From positions 86,999-150,998 of the forward strand of contig CAWEHH010000037.1 in the NCBI GenBank assembly GCA_963808765.1: a stretch of DNA of 64,000 nt. The letters run 5' to 3'. The DNA comes from an uncultured beta proteobacterium (GTDB lineage Bacteria; Pseudomonadota; Gammaproteobacteria; Burkholderiales; SG8-41). Under the pieces are notes generated by a model. It was not told where the DNA came from. It searched no databases and saw nothing but the letters and a program-made list of their open reading frames with translations. How positions within the stretch are numbered: position 1 is the first letter of the stretch; each line of letters starts with the position of its first letter. The position numbers and the translations under genes were made by a program. Shown here piece by piece: positions 1-10,803 of this stretch.

Positions 1-242
1 GATCTTGGACGAGGTCCTGGCGGCAGACTCCACTCCGACTGCTTCGATCCTACTCTCAGGAAGCGAAGCTGACGTGTGTGGGAATGTGGCGCAAATTTCG
101 ACCGTGAGCTTCATGCAATTCGTCGCCGACATTCTCGCCGGCGCGACCGCGGCTCCTATGTAGTCGAAGCGTGGTGAAGGGCGGGCGCTGCGGTGTCGCA
201 TCAATGCCCATGAGTCATTGACGGCACCGCGCGCGCTCGCTC

Positions 243-602
243 CTATTTGTCGCCCGTTACGACATAGGCCCACAGCGCTTCGATCTCATCGCGCTTGAGC
301 ACGTCGCCCCACGGCGGCATGTTCCGGATGCCGTTCGCGACCGAGTCGAGGAAGCGTGCAGGCTGATCGCGCGGAAAGGTTCGGAGGTCGCTCGCCCACG
401 GCGGGCCCTCCATGCGCACGCCGTGACACGATTCGCAGTTCGTGGAGTAGAGGGCAGCGCCGCGCTTCACCTGATCCGGCGGGAACGAATTCGTGTTCTG
501 CCCGAGCACCGCCGTGCTGCCGATGACCAGCGACAGCCCGACGGACGCGAGCAGCGGTCGCGTGAAGTTTCGGGCATCCGCCCCCTCGGCGCTACGACGC
601 AC
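243..602 (-). CDS. Small periplasmic class I c-type cytochrome, likely electron acceptor of the adjacent PQQ dehydrogenase
   Basis: Signal peptide-like N-terminus, CESCH heme motif, distal Met in MPPW; GTG start directly after the corrected stop of the upstream dehydrogenase. Confidence 0.85.
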   Translation of the reverse strand: MRRSAEGADARNFTRPLLASVGLSLVIGSTAVLGQNTNSFPPDQVKRGAALYSTNCESCHGVRMEGPPWASDLRTFPRDQPARFLDSVANGIRNMPPWGDVLKRDEIEALWAYVVTGDK

Positions 603-605
603 GCC

Positions 606-2277
606 CTATTGCACCGCGAACGTCCACACCGCACTGCCCGTAGGCACACTGCTCGCCGATGATGCGCCGGATCACGCTGCCACCCATTCCCGAAGCGACG
701 GTCACGTACTGCTTGCCCTTGTGCGTATACGTAATCGCAGGCGCATTGATGCTCGAACCGGTCTTGAATTGCCAGAGCACCTCGCCCGTGTCCTCGTCGA
801 GCGCCATGAACTCTCCCGTCGGACGCCCCGTGAATAGCAATCCGCCCCCGGTCCCGAGCACGCTCGCCGAATTCGGGATGTCCGTGATGGGGACCTTCCA
901 TTTGAATTCGCCGGTGAGCGGGTTCATCGCCGCATGGTAGCCCACGACGTCGTCGGATTTGATCGGCACATTCCTGCCGGCGACCGCCGTATTGGGCTCG
1001 CCGAGTTGCTTGAAGGCGTATGGGACGTATTTCTGGATGCGGGGCAGATCCCACGAGTTGAAGTAAACGAGCCCGGTGCGCGGATTGAACGAGAACAACG
1101 TCGCGTTGGTGCCGCGCTGCGGATAGAACGAGACTTCTTCGCCGGCCTTCAGCCGTGAATAAACGTCGGTGAGCACCGGACGTCCTGTCTTCAGATCGAC
1201 GTGTGTGGCCCAGGTGACGCGTGTCATCGGGTGCGCGGCGATCAACTGGCCGTTCGTCCGGTCGATCACGTAGAAGAAGCCGTTCTTGTTGCCGTTCATG
1301 ATGACTTTGCGCATCTGACCGTTCACGCGGATGTCCGCCACGACATTCTCGTTGCTGCCATCGGCGTCATACACGTCGTTCGGCGTGAACTGGTAGTGCC
1401 AGACGATCTGGCCGGTCTTCGGACGTATCGCGAGCACGCAATTCGTGTACAGAGCGTCACCCTCGCCTCGGTATTTCGAGTCGTATGGACCGGCGTTGCC
1501 GACACCCCAATAGACGAGGTCGAGCTCCGGATCGTACGAGCCCGGCTGCCATGTGGAGCCGCCTCCGGTTTTCCATGCATCGGGAAGGGCGTCGGGAGTT
1601 TTCGGCCAGGTTTCGTGGCCCTTTTCACCCGGTGCGGGAATCGTGTGGGTACGCCACAGCTCCTTGCCGGTTTCCGGATCCCATCCAACGAGGAAGCCGC
1701 GTGTGGCATGCTCGCCGCCGGTCGTGCCGGTGATCAGCACGCCGTTGGCAAGCAACGGCGCGTTGACACCCTTATAGCCTTCCTTGAAATCGGCGAACTT
1801 CGATTTCCAGATCTGCTTGCCGGTCTTCATGTCGAGCGCGAGCACGTGCGCATCGAGCGTCGTGCGATAGAGCTTGCCGTTCAGGAGCACCGGCGCGCCG
1901 CGCATGATCGCGCCCGCATTCGAAATGCGCAGCACCGCGCGATCGTAATCGACGGGCGTGCGCCAGAGCTGCCGACCGGTCGCAACATCGAGAGCCAGCG
2001 TCTGACTGCCGTTGACGATGTACATGACTCCGTTGTAGATCGCCGGATGCGAGAGCTCTCCCGAGTCGTTCATCGTGTTGGTGCTCCACAGCGGCACCAG
2101 GCGTTTGACATTGCCCTTGTTGATCTGCTGGAGCGGGCTGTACATCGGAATGCCGTAGCCCAGGCCGAACGTGAGCACGTTCTCCGTGTTCTTGCCGTCG
2201 TTCAGAAACTCTTGGTACGTCTGTGCGGACGCGACACCACAGAATGCGCATAACGCTGCGGCTGCGGTCTTGTTCAT
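606..2277 (-). CDS. PQQ-dependent alcohol dehydrogenase family quinoprotein (probable frameshift near 650; corrected C-terminus VPTGSAVWTFAVQ*)
   Basis: Signal peptide; repeated AxDxxTGxxxW propeller motifs; GGEHATRG, GNAGPY and YDADGSNE active-site motifs; the alternative frame restores a typical C-terminus ending at TAG 606-608. Confidence 0.9.
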
Positions 2278-2381
2278 GGCCCCTCCCTGAATTCGGCTGA
2301 CGCTCACCCGGTTGCGGGCGCTCGCGACGAGTGTATGCCTGCGATATGAGGGGGTGCAAGATCGGACCCACGCGTGCCTCG

Positions 2382-2705
2382 CTACTGGGTTCCACTGTGC
2401 CTGGCGACATAGCGCGCGAGCGACTGCACGTCTTTGTCACTCAAGGTCGTGTAGGCAGGCATCAGGCCGGTGCCGGCGCGGATCGCCTTCTCGACGCGCT
2501 GCGCGTCAGGCCTCAACTCGTCCAGCGACGGACCGATCTCTGCGTTCGCACCGGCGTGTTTGAGCGCATGACAAATCGCGCAGGGCGGCACCGCACCCTT
2601 CGTGAAAAGCCGGCGGCCCTCTGCGTCATCATCGCCATCAGCCGGATAGGCTGCAAAGGAGGCCACGCCTGCGATAAAGGCCAGCAGCAGACGAGGTCGT
2701 CTCAT
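2382..2705 (-). CDS. sorU: SorU-like c-type cytochrome, partner of sulfite dehydrogenase
   Basis: CAICH heme motif, GPSLDELRPD...MPAY; starts 11 bp after the molybdoenzyme gene. Confidence 0.75.
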   Translation of the reverse strand: MRRPRLLLAFIAGVASFAAYPADGDDDAEGRRLFTKGAVPPCAICHALKHAGANAEIGPSLDELRPDAQRVEKAIRAGTGLMPAYTTLSDKDVQSLARYVARHSGTQ

Positions 2706-2716
2706 CCCCGGTCGCT

Positions 2717-3946
2717 TCAGACCACTGTCACCTGAAACGCGTGATCTCGCCAACTGCTGTTGATATAGCCCGCGGTATTCTCGAGGCGGTTCTCGATCTG
2801 CGCATTGCCTTTCGTATCCGTCGCGCGGCTCGCCAGCGTATACGTGCCGGGCGCGAGCTTCACCGCCAGCACGAACGGGCGCCATGCGTAGGGGCCGAGA
2901 TCCGCGCCGATGAAGCGCGCCTCGCGCCACGTGCTGCCGCCGTCCGTCGAGACATCGACGCGGCGCACGCTCACCGATCCGCCGAACGCGACGCCCTTGA
3001 TCTGCAGTTGACCCGCACGCACGGGTCCGGCCTCAGGCGCAGGCGAATTGATCCAGGATTTGGCGCTCATCTCCCACACGGAAGGCTGGCTCGGATCCCC
3101 GCGTTCGCCGGGGGGCGAGATGCGATAGCCGGTCTTCTGTATCGTGGCTTCGGTCTCGGACGCAGTGAACGCGAGGTGCTTCACGTACTTCACGCTGTTC
3201 ACGCCCGTGTAGCCGGGAACGATGATACGCAGCGGGCCGCCATGGGCGAGCGGCACGGGCGCGCCATTCATCTCCCACGCGAGCAAGGCATCCTTCATCG
3301 CAGAAAGCGGCACCGAGCGCTCGACGACGACGCGCAGCGGATCGATGCCGTCGGGAAGCCGTTCGCCGCCCGTGCTCGTCATGAAGCGCATGCCCTCGGC
3401 AACGCCGCCCATCGCTTCGACGACCGCCCGCACGGGAACGCCACTCCACTCGACGCAACCGGCGGCACCGACACTCCAGGGCGTCCCACTCGGTTTGCCG
3501 GGAAAGTAGCCCCGACCGTTGCCGGAGCACTGAAGAACCATCGCGAGCGTCTCGGCGCCCAGCGTCTTCAATTCCGCGAGCGTCAGCGTGCGTGCGTTGC
3601 GCACGCCGCTCACGGCAAGCTCCCATGCGTCGCGGTTCTCCACGAACGAGGCAGGCGGCGCCGGCAGGTTATTGCGGATGTAGAGCCGATCGGCCGGTGT
3701 GATCACCGCGGAGCCGAAGGCGGACCGCTTCGTCTCGATCGTCGTCGAGCTGTGCACGATCAGACTCGGCGCATCTTTCCAGCTCACGTAGGCAGGTAAA
3801 GGCTTGGCTGCAGGTGCATTCGGCGTGGCTGCGGGCGCCTCCTGCGCGCCGAACGCGCGCGATGCGAGACCGAGCGTGCCTGCCGCGGCGACGCCCGCGC
3901 CGGTGGCGAGCAGACGCCGGCGATGAAGGTCCAGACTCTCGCTCAT
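2717..3946 (-). CDS. sorT: Tat-exported sulfite oxidase-family molybdoenzyme (SorT-like sulfite dehydrogenase)
   Basis: RRRLL Tat signal; LQCSGNGR Mo-ligating Cys; HGGPLR, PGYTGVNSVKY; C-terminal dimerisation domain. Confidence 0.8.
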   Translation of the reverse strand: MSESLDLHRRRLLATGAGVAAAGTLGLASRAFGAQEAPAATPNAPAAKPLPAYVSWKDAPSLIVHSSTTIETKRSAFGSAVITPADRLYIRNNLPAPPASFVENRDAWELAVSGVRNARTLTLAELKTLGAETLAMVLQCSGNGRGYFPGKPSGTPWSVGAAGCVEWSGVPVRAVVEAMGGVAEGMRFMTSTGGERLPDGIDPLRVVVERSVPLSAMKDALLAWEMNGAPVPLAHGGPLRIIVPGYTGVNSVKYVKHLAFTASETEATIQKTGYRISPPGERGDPSQPSVWEMSAKSWINSPAPEAGPVRAGQLQIKGVAFGGSVSVRRVDVSTDGGSTWREARFIGADLGPYAWRPFVLAVKLAPGTYTLASRATDTKGNAQIENRLENTAGYINSSWRDHAFQVTVV

Positions 3947-4088
3947 GATCTCCTCCTCGTTCTATTGGAATTCTGCGGCGACCGGAGCCATATCGCACGA
4001 TCACGCCCGGCTGCGCAGCGATCGAATCTGATTTTACATCCGGGATCGGTAAGCGATAGGTGCGCGAGATGAGCCGGCGCACGGGCGC

Positions 4089-5053
4089 TCAATCGACTTT
4101 CGCGCCGGACTCCCTGACGATCTTCGACCACTTGGCGAGATCGGCCTTCATTACCACAGCGAACTCCCCGGGCCCCGCCCGCACTTCGCCGCCGCCTGCG
4201 GCCATGTGCTCACGCACGTCAGGCATTTGCAGGATCTTCTCGATCTCGCTGCTCAGACGCGTGATGATCGGCTCGGGCGTGTTCGCCGGCGCGAGAATGC
4301 CGAACCAGGTCGTCGCTTCGAATCCTTTGTAGGTCTCGGCAATGGTCGGCGTATCCGCCACCGAGGGCGCGCGCTTGCTCGACGTGACGGCGATCGCGCG
4401 CAACGCACCCGCTTTGACCTGCGGCAGCGCCGTTTCCAGCGACCCCAGAAACATCGTGATGCGTCCTCCGATCAAGTCCGGTAATCCCTGCGCGGCGCCC
4501 TTGTACGGGATGTGTATGAACTTCACACCCGCCGCTCGTTGCAGCAACTCGGCCGTGAGGTGCGCAACCGTTCCGTTGCCGGCGGTGCCGTAGGTCACCG
4601 ATTCGGGCTTTGCCTTCGCCGCGGCGATCACATCGCCCAGCGTTTTGTGCGGCCCCTTCGCCGGCACGACCAGAGCCACCGGGAAGGCGGCGACAAGTGA
4701 AATCGGCGCGAGGTCCTTGATCGGATCGTAGGAGAGCTTCTTGTAGAGAGTCGGATTGATCGCGAGATTGCTCGTCTGCCCCATCACGAGCGTATAACCG
4801 TCGGGCGGCGCCTTCGCCGCGACCTCCACGCCGATGTTGCCCCCGCGCCCGGTCGGTTGTCCACGATCACGTTCCACTTCGAAGCCTCCGTCATCTTGTT
4901 CGCGACGAGGCGCGCCAGGATGTCCGTGCCGCCGCCGGAGGGGAATGGCACGATCAGGCGGATCGGCTTCGCCGGATACGATGGCTGCGCGAACGCGCCG
5001 CAGGCGACGACCGACAGTGCCAGCGCCGACAGAACAGCTCCTGAACGTTTCAT
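4089..5053 (-). CDS. Bug/TctC tripartite tricarboxylate transporter substrate-binding protein (frameshift near 4850)
   Basis: [20 protein letters not shown]-terminus in ORF 4784..5053 continues as PDGYTL...HIPYKG...ESGAKVD in the 4089 frame. Confidence 0.9.
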
Positions 5054-5174
5054 GAGGCCTCCTTGAAAAGCGCGGACATCCGAGGTGCTCCGGACTTGAT
5101 CTCGCGTAACGTCGTTGCCGTATTATGACGCGCCGGCCGATAATTCCTTCCGATATTTTTGCGTGGAACGAGCC

Positions 5175-6242
5175 ATGGCGATCACTCGCAAGAAAGTCGT
5201 GCGATTCGACCTGACGCAGGATCCCTCCTTTGAAGAGCGACTGGCGCGTGAGGGCGATATCGACCTCACGGTCGCAGCAAGAAGAGGGCCGGAGGAAGAT
5301 GCGTGGCGCGCATTGGGCGAAGCGCACGTGTATCAGGTCACCTCGGCGAAGGACGAGCTGCCGCGGCAATACTTCGTGACGGCCGATCTTCTCGGGCGTT
5401 GTCCGAACCTCTTGTGCGCTTCCTCGAACGGAGCGGGCTACGATACCGTGGACGTTTCCGCGTGCACGGCCGCCGGTGTGCTGGTCGTGAATCAGACCGG
5501 CGGCAACGCCCGTTCGGTCGCCGAACACGCGCTGGGGCTCATGCTCGGGGTATCCCATCGCATCCTCGAATGCGACCGCCGGATGCGGCGGGAGATCGGC
5601 TTCCCGCGCGAAGATCTCATGGGGCATGAGCTGTGCGGACGTGTGCTCGGGATCATCGGAATCGGCAACATCGGAACGCTGGTGACCGCGTTCGCCCGCG
5701 CGATCGGCATGTCCGTTCTCGCGACCGACCCTTATCTCACGGAAGAGGAGATCGCCCGTCGCGGCGCCACGTCGGTGAGTCTCGACGAGCTCCTCTCGCG
5801 TTCGGATTTCGTTTCCGTGCACTGCCCTCGCGACAAGACGACGATGCGCATGATGGATGCGCGCGCCTTCGCCCGGATGAAACCCGGCGCGGTGTTCATC
5901 ACCACCGCGCGCGGCGGGATACACGACGAGGCCGCGTTGTTCGATGCCCTCGAGTCCGGCCATCTGCGCGGCGCAGGCCTCGACGTCTGGGACCGGGAGC
6001 CGCCGCCGCTCGAACATCCGGTTCTAAGGCGCGAAAACGTGATCGTCACCTACCACACCGCGGGCGTTACGCACGAAGCGCGACGCAACATGGCCGTCTT
6101 CGCGGCCGAGCAGATCGTGGGCCTGCTCAAAGGCGGGCGTCCGCCGCGGCTCGTCAATCCTGAGGCGTGGCCCACCTATGCGCGCCGGTTCGAAGCAATC
6201 CTCGGCACTCCGGTGCAGGTGAGTACGATCGATCCGGATTGA
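5175..6242 (+). CDS. D-isomer-specific 2-hydroxyacid dehydrogenase (SerA-like)
   Basis: GAGYDTVD, NARSVAEH, GIIGIGNIG NAD-binding motif, TARGG, DVWDREP, TYHTAG. Confidence 0.9.
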   Translation: MAITRKKVVRFDLTQDPSFEERLAREGDIDLTVAARRGPEEDAWRALGEAHVYQVTSAKDELPRQYFVTADLLGRCPNLLCASSNGAGYDTVDVSACTAAGVLVVNQTGGNARSVAEHALGLMLGVSHRILECDRRMRREIGFPREDLMGHELCGRVLGIIGIGNIGTLVTAFARAIGMSVLATDPYLTEEEIARRGATSVSLDELLSRSDFVSVHCPRDKTTMRMMDARAFARMKPGAVFITTARGGIHDEAALFDALESGHLRGAGLDVWDREPPPLEHPVLRRENVIVTYHTAGVTHEARRNMAVFAAEQIVGLLKGGRPPRLVNPEAWPTYARRFEAILGTPVQVSTIDPD

Positions 6243-6382
6243 GCTTTGCAAAACCAACTGACGCGCTCAATCCCTCGCGAGGGGAGATTGATGACTCACA
6301 ACCCGCAGCTACACGCCCGTTTTCGTATTCGTGGATGGGAGCGGCAGGAAAGTTCTCGAGACGGCCGGCTTCCGCAACGTCC

Positions 6383-6704
6383 GACGGGCTATCTGATGGC
6401 TTTCGGCGCGATGGTGGCCCTTGCGCGCCGCACGGAAGAAGGCGGAAGCTGGCTCGTGCGTATCTCGCTCGCGCAGGTGGGCCGCTGGCTCGTCGAGCGC
6501 GGCCAGGTGCCGGAGGCCCAGCTCAAGAACGTGGAGAAGGAATTCACGCCCGAGGAGCTCGAACGCTGGACGATGGTCAGCAAGACCCCGGTCCGCCGGC
6601 TGCGGCACCTCGCTCCAGTCGTTACAGCTCTCCGAGACGCCGCCGCATTGGGACAAACCCACCGTGCCGCTCGGCCACCACAAAGCGGAGTGGCCGGCCT
6701 CTAG
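6383..6704 (+). pseudogene. 3' fragment of a CoA-transferase family III-like gene
   Basis: TGYLMAFGAMVALARRTEEGGSWLVRISLAQ and LSETPPHWDKPTVPLG resemble family III C-termini; N-terminal part absent. Confidence 0.65.
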
Positions 6705-6717
6705 AACAGAACCACTT

Positions 6718-6825
6718 GGCTCCTCGCGATGACATTCTCTGTGTCATCGCGAGCAAGGCTCTGACGTTGCGAACGCAAGCGTGAGCTACGAAGCACGGCG
6801 TTGCGAGCGTCGCGTGGCAATCGCT
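6718..6825. repeat. Degenerate REP/RPE-like palindromic element
   Basis: CTCGCGATGAC-attctctgt-GTCATCGCGAG inverted repeat followed by TTGCGAGCGTCGCGTGGCAATC. Confidence 0.5.
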
Positions 6826-7173
6826 ACGGCGCCCTTGCAGGCGACGCAGACAAAATATTTCGACTGCTTCAGGTTTATGCTTTGGCCTCGTATGCGTCTT
6901 CGGAATAGCAGCTAGCGTAACTCTGGCGCTTCACGCAGCCGTCGGACCCCTACAATCATCGAGGATCGTAGTCGATGCATGAGTGGATCGATTCAGCATC
7001 GTCGATCAGCCGCCGTGTCAACGTGCTTTAGCGTACAGACGGGTTCTTGGGACGGACGGTATCCTTTCGATGCACGGGTTACGTCAACATAGTCAAAGCG
7101 GTAAAGCGCAGCGAAGAACTCATGCAAGGCGCCTCCCGCAGTAACGCAAAGCTATCGTGACAGGAGGCTCTTC

Positions 7174-7623
7174 GTGGAGATGAATGGACAGCAAACCATC
7201 GCGCTGTCTCAGCGTGAAACCTGGCAAGCGTTGAATGATCCGGAAGTCCTGAAGGCATGCATCCCGGGCTGCGAGGCTTTCGATAAGGTCAGCGACACGC
7301 AGTACCATTTGACGATGCGGGCGCGAATCGGTCCTGTGAGCGCGCGCTTCAAAGGCCTGATGACGCTCGCTGACGTCGACCCTCCACGCGGCTATACCAT
7401 CGGTTTCGAAGGACAAGGCGGCATTGCGGGGTTCGCCAAGGGTCACGCCGAAGTCGCGCTGGCTCCTGAAGGTGAAGCCACGCAGCTCAGCTATTCGGCC
7501 AAAGCGATGATCGGCGGCAAGCTCGCACAGCTCGGCGCGCGCTTGATCGACGGCGTCTCGCGCAAGCTCGCAAATGACTTTTTCACGGCATTTAACACGC
7601 ACGTGTCCAATCGCAGCGCTTAG
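7174..7623 (+). CDS. coxG: CoxG/SRPBCC family protein (CO dehydrogenase subunit G-like)
   Basis: WQALNDPEVLKACIPGC and GGKLAQLGARLIDG motifs. Confidence 0.9.
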   Translation: MEMNGQQTIALSQRETWQALNDPEVLKACIPGCEAFDKVSDTQYHLTMRARIGPVSARFKGLMTLADVDPPRGYTIGFEGQGGIAGFAKGHAEVALAPEGEATQLSYSAKAMIGGKLAQLGARLIDGVSRKLANDFFTAFNTHVSNRSA

Positions 7624-7671
7624 GAACCGTCGGGCTATGTCGATCAGATTACCAGCACGAGGAGAGACGGT

Positions 7672-9312
7672 ATGCCTTCCGTAGTCGAGGTTCTTGTCGA
7701 AGCGTTCGAGAAAGCCGGCACACAGTTCATCACGGGTATACCGGGTGAGGAATCGCTCGAGCTGATGGAGGCCGCGCGAGCGCGCGGGATGCGCTTCATT
7801 CTTAACAAACAGGAACCCGCGGCGGGGATGATGGCTGCGACCTGGGGCGAGATTACCGGTTCCCCCGGTATCTGCCAGGTCACGCGCGCGCCCGGCGCGG
7901 CCAACCTCGCACTCGGAGTCACGCATGCGTGGATGGATCGCTGTCCGCTGATCGCGATCACCGACCAGCTCGCCGCACCAACATATGCGGTGGGTCTGCG
8001 CCAGCGTTTGGATCAGATGGCGCTGTTTCGCCCGATCACGAAGTGGAATACGTCGATCAATGCGCAGGCGGTGCACCAGCAGGTGCGCCGCGCAATACGC
8101 ACGGCAACCAGCGATGCGCCGGGCCCGGTGCATCTCGATCTACCCGCCGATGAACGCAACAAGGAAGCGGGAACCGATTCCGCCGCCAGCGCGCCGGTGG
8201 TCCCTGATTTTGTCCAGGTGGTTCCCGACCGGAGCGCGATGAAGACACCGCTCGCCATGCTGCAGGCCGCGCGCCGTCCGATATTGCTGGCTGGGTTAGG
8301 CGTGTTGTGGAGCAGGGCGAGCACCGAGTTGGTAAAGCTTGCAGAGCGGCTGGGAGCACCTGTGCTGACTACGCCGAAGACCAAGGGCGCGATACCCGAA
8401 GATCATCCATTGAGCGCGGGCTGCGTTTTCAATGGGATGCTGGAACGCAAGCTGGTGAGTCAGGCCGACCTGATCGTGACCATCGGATTCGAGACCGTGG
8501 AACTGCAACCCATACCATGGCCCTATTCCACGCCAGTGCTCGCGTTGTCCGGCGTAAAAGACATTGAAGGGCCGATTGCAGCGACCACCGAGGTGGTCGG
8601 CGATTTGAAAAGCATCCTCGAAGGGCTGAGCGAGTGGGCATCGGAAGGCAGTAACTGGGGCGAGCGTGCCGGGCGCGCGTTCCGCCAGGACGTTGCCACC
8701 GCATTGGACCTGGCAGGCACTGGGCTGGGACCGCATCAGGTGCTGCAAGTCGCGCGCAGCGTGCTTCCGCGCAATACCATCGCCACCTGCGATGTAGGCG
8801 CGAGCCGTCTGTTCACTGTGCCGAAATGGCCGGTCTATGCGCCGCGCGAGTACTTGACTTCGAACGCGGTCGCCTCCATGGGTTTCTCGGTGGCCGCAGC
8901 AATGGCGGCGCGTCTGGCGCGGCCGCAGCAGCCGGTCGTGGCCTTTACAGGCGACGGCAGCTTCATGCTCTCGCCCGGCGAACTCCATACGAGCGTGCGT
9001 GAAAATCTGCCCATCATCGTAGTCGTGCTCGATAACGGGGGACTGGGCGTCATGCGTGTGAAGCAGGACTTGAAGGGCATAGCACGCACCGGCACCCTGC
9101 TGGGTGGTATTGACTGGGAGCATCTGGCCCAGGCGTTCGGTGCCGATAGCACGACTGTAGACACGGAGAATTCGCTTGGCGATGCGCTCGGCGTCGCGCT
9201 CGAATCGGGGCGCACCACACTGATCGCCGTCCGCATGGATTCATCCCGCTATGTTGATCAGTACAGGGCGATGCGCGGTATTGCGCCGCAGAGCAATGCG
9301 TCCATTTCCTGA
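7672..9312 (+). CDS. Thiamine-diphosphate-dependent enzyme (acetolactate synthase-like family), copy 1
   Basis: GIPGEE, catalytic Glu in KQEPAA, PGPVHLDLP, GDGSF...VVLDN ThDP motif. Confidence 0.9.
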   Translation: MPSVVEVLVEAFEKAGTQFITGIPGEESLELMEAARARGMRFILNKQEPAAGMMAATWGEITGSPGICQVTRAPGAANLALGVTHAWMDRCPLIAITDQLAAPTYAVGLRQRLDQMALFRPITKWNTSINAQAVHQQVRRAIRTATSDAPGPVHLDLPADERNKEAGTDSAASAPVVPDFVQVVPDRSAMKTPLAMLQAARRPILLAGLGVLWSRASTELVKLAERLGAPVLTTPKTKGAIPEDHPLSAGCVFNGMLERKLVSQADLIVTIGFETVELQPIPWPYSTPVLALSGVKDIEGPIAATTEVVGDLKSILEGLSEWASEGSNWGERAGRAFRQDVATALDLAGTGLGPHQVLQVARSVLPRNTIATCDVGASRLFTVPKWPVYAPREYLTSNAVASMGFSVAAAMAARLARPQQPVVAFTGDGSFMLSPGELHTSVRENLPIIVVVLDNGGLGVMRVKQDLKGIARTGTLLGGIDWEHLAQAFGADSTTVDTENSLGDALGVALESGRTTLIAVRMDSSRYVDQYRAMRGIAPQSNASIS

Positions 9313-9325
9313 GAGGAACGCCTGC

Positions 9326-10285
9326 ATGAAACTGCGATCCGTCATCGCTCTGCTCTGCACCGGCTTGCTGGTTACCGCAGTGGCTGCACAACCCTACCCC
9401 AACAAGCCAGTGAGGATTGTCACTACGGGAGCCGGCGGCGGAACCGATCTGGTTGCGCGATTGATTACACCGGGGCTCACTGCCGGGCTGGGCCAGCAGG
9501 TCATTGTGGACAACCGTGGCGGCAGCGTCGTGATTCCTGCCGGTGTGGTGGCGCAGGCGCCCCCTCAGGGCTATACCCTTCTTTTCTTTGCCAACCCTCT
9601 GTGGCTGGTGCCGTTCCTGCAGGACAATGTCCCTTACGATCCAGTCAAGACCTTCACACCGATCATACTTACACACCGGTCACCCAATATCCTGGTCGTG
9701 AATCCGTCGCTGGCCGCCAAATCAGTGAAGGAATTGATTTCACTGGCCAAAGCAAAACCGGGGGAGCTCAACTACGCGAGCGGAGGGATGGGGTCATCCA
9801 ATCATCTTGCCGCGGAATTACTCAATGCGATGGCTGGCGTGCGCATCACGCGTGTGCTGTACAAAGCTGCCGCACCAGCTTTAACGGACGTGATCGGCGC
9901 TCAGGTGCAACTCATGTTCGCCACTGCCGGGTCGGCAATGCCATATGTGAAATCGGGCAAATTGCGAGCTCTCGCAGTTACGAGTGCCGAGCCGTCCGCG
10001 CTGACTCCCGGTCTGCCTACGGTGGCGGCGGCGGGATTGCCCGGTTATGAGTCCGTCGCGATATACGGAATCTTTGCCCCTGCCGGAACGCCTGCGACGA
10101 TCATCGGCCGATTGAATCGGGAGATCGCAGAGGTTCTCAACAAGGCGGAAGTCAAGGATCGCCTGTTTGCGTCCGGTGTGGAAGTCGTTGCCAGCTCACC
10201 GGAGCAGCTGGGTGCGGCGGTGAAGGCCGACATGGCGCGGATGGGCAAGGTGATCAAAGATGCTGGCATACGCACCGATCAATGA
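9326..10285 (+). CDS. Bug/TctC substrate-binding protein
   Basis: YPNKPVRIV, GGGTD, PGELNYAS, GKLRALAVTS. Confidence 0.92.
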   Translation: MKLRSVIALLCTGLLVTAVAAQPYPNKPVRIVTTGAGGGTDLVARLITPGLTAGLGQQVIVDNRGGSVVIPAGVVAQAPPQGYTLLFFANPLWLVPFLQDNVPYDPVKTFTPIILTHRSPNILVVNPSLAAKSVKELISLAKAKPGELNYASGGMGSSNHLAAELLNAMAGVRITRVLYKAAAPALTDVIGAQVQLMFATAGSAMPYVKSGKLRALAVTSAEPSALTPGLPTVAAAGLPGYESVAIYGIFAPAGTPATIIGRLNREIAEVLNKAEVKDRLFASGVEVVASSPEQLGAAVKADMARMGKVIKDAGIRTDQ

Positions 10286-10329
10286 ATCGATTGGGGGCTG
10301 TGGCATCGTCTCCCGCAACGTCAACTCGG

Positions 10330-10803
10330 ATGTTCAACTGCCTTGCGCGCGGGGTGGGCGGTCCGGATGTCTTGTATTCGGCGATCAAGAGTGAGACGTG
10401 GTTCCGCTGCGGCGAGACCGTGCGCTACGAGCTCACCGGAAAGCTGTCGAAAGCCGTGACGACCAAGGATGCATTCCTGCAGATCGCGGGCAGGCACGGC
10501 GCGCACGTGACGATGAACGTGGAATACGGCGGCCCGGGCATCGCGAGCCTCTCGATCAATGCGCGCAAGACCCTGACCACGATGTCCGCGGAGCTTTCGG
10601 CGGAGTTCGCGACTTTCGAGCCAGACGACCTGCTGGTCGACTGGGTGCATGCGCGAAGCTCGCGCGAATTCGAGCCGGTCTATCCGGACAAGGACGCGAC
10701 GTATCTCGCGGTGCGTGAAGTGGACTTGAGCGTGCTGGAGCCGCTCGATGGAATATCAGCTAGTCCACCCGCGCGTCCGACCCTGCTGATCCCGTCCCTA
10801 TAA
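10330..10803 (+). pseudogene. Internal fragment of an aconitase-family (LeuC/HacA-like) large subunit
   Basis: ETWFRCGETVRYELTGKL...KD...EYGGPGIASLS...EVDLSVLEP matches the LeuC/HacA middle region; N-terminus and Fe-S Cys region missing. Confidence 0.65.

Noticed and set aside
1-242. Possible gene end at the left edge
   Set aside because: No ORF or motif I can support
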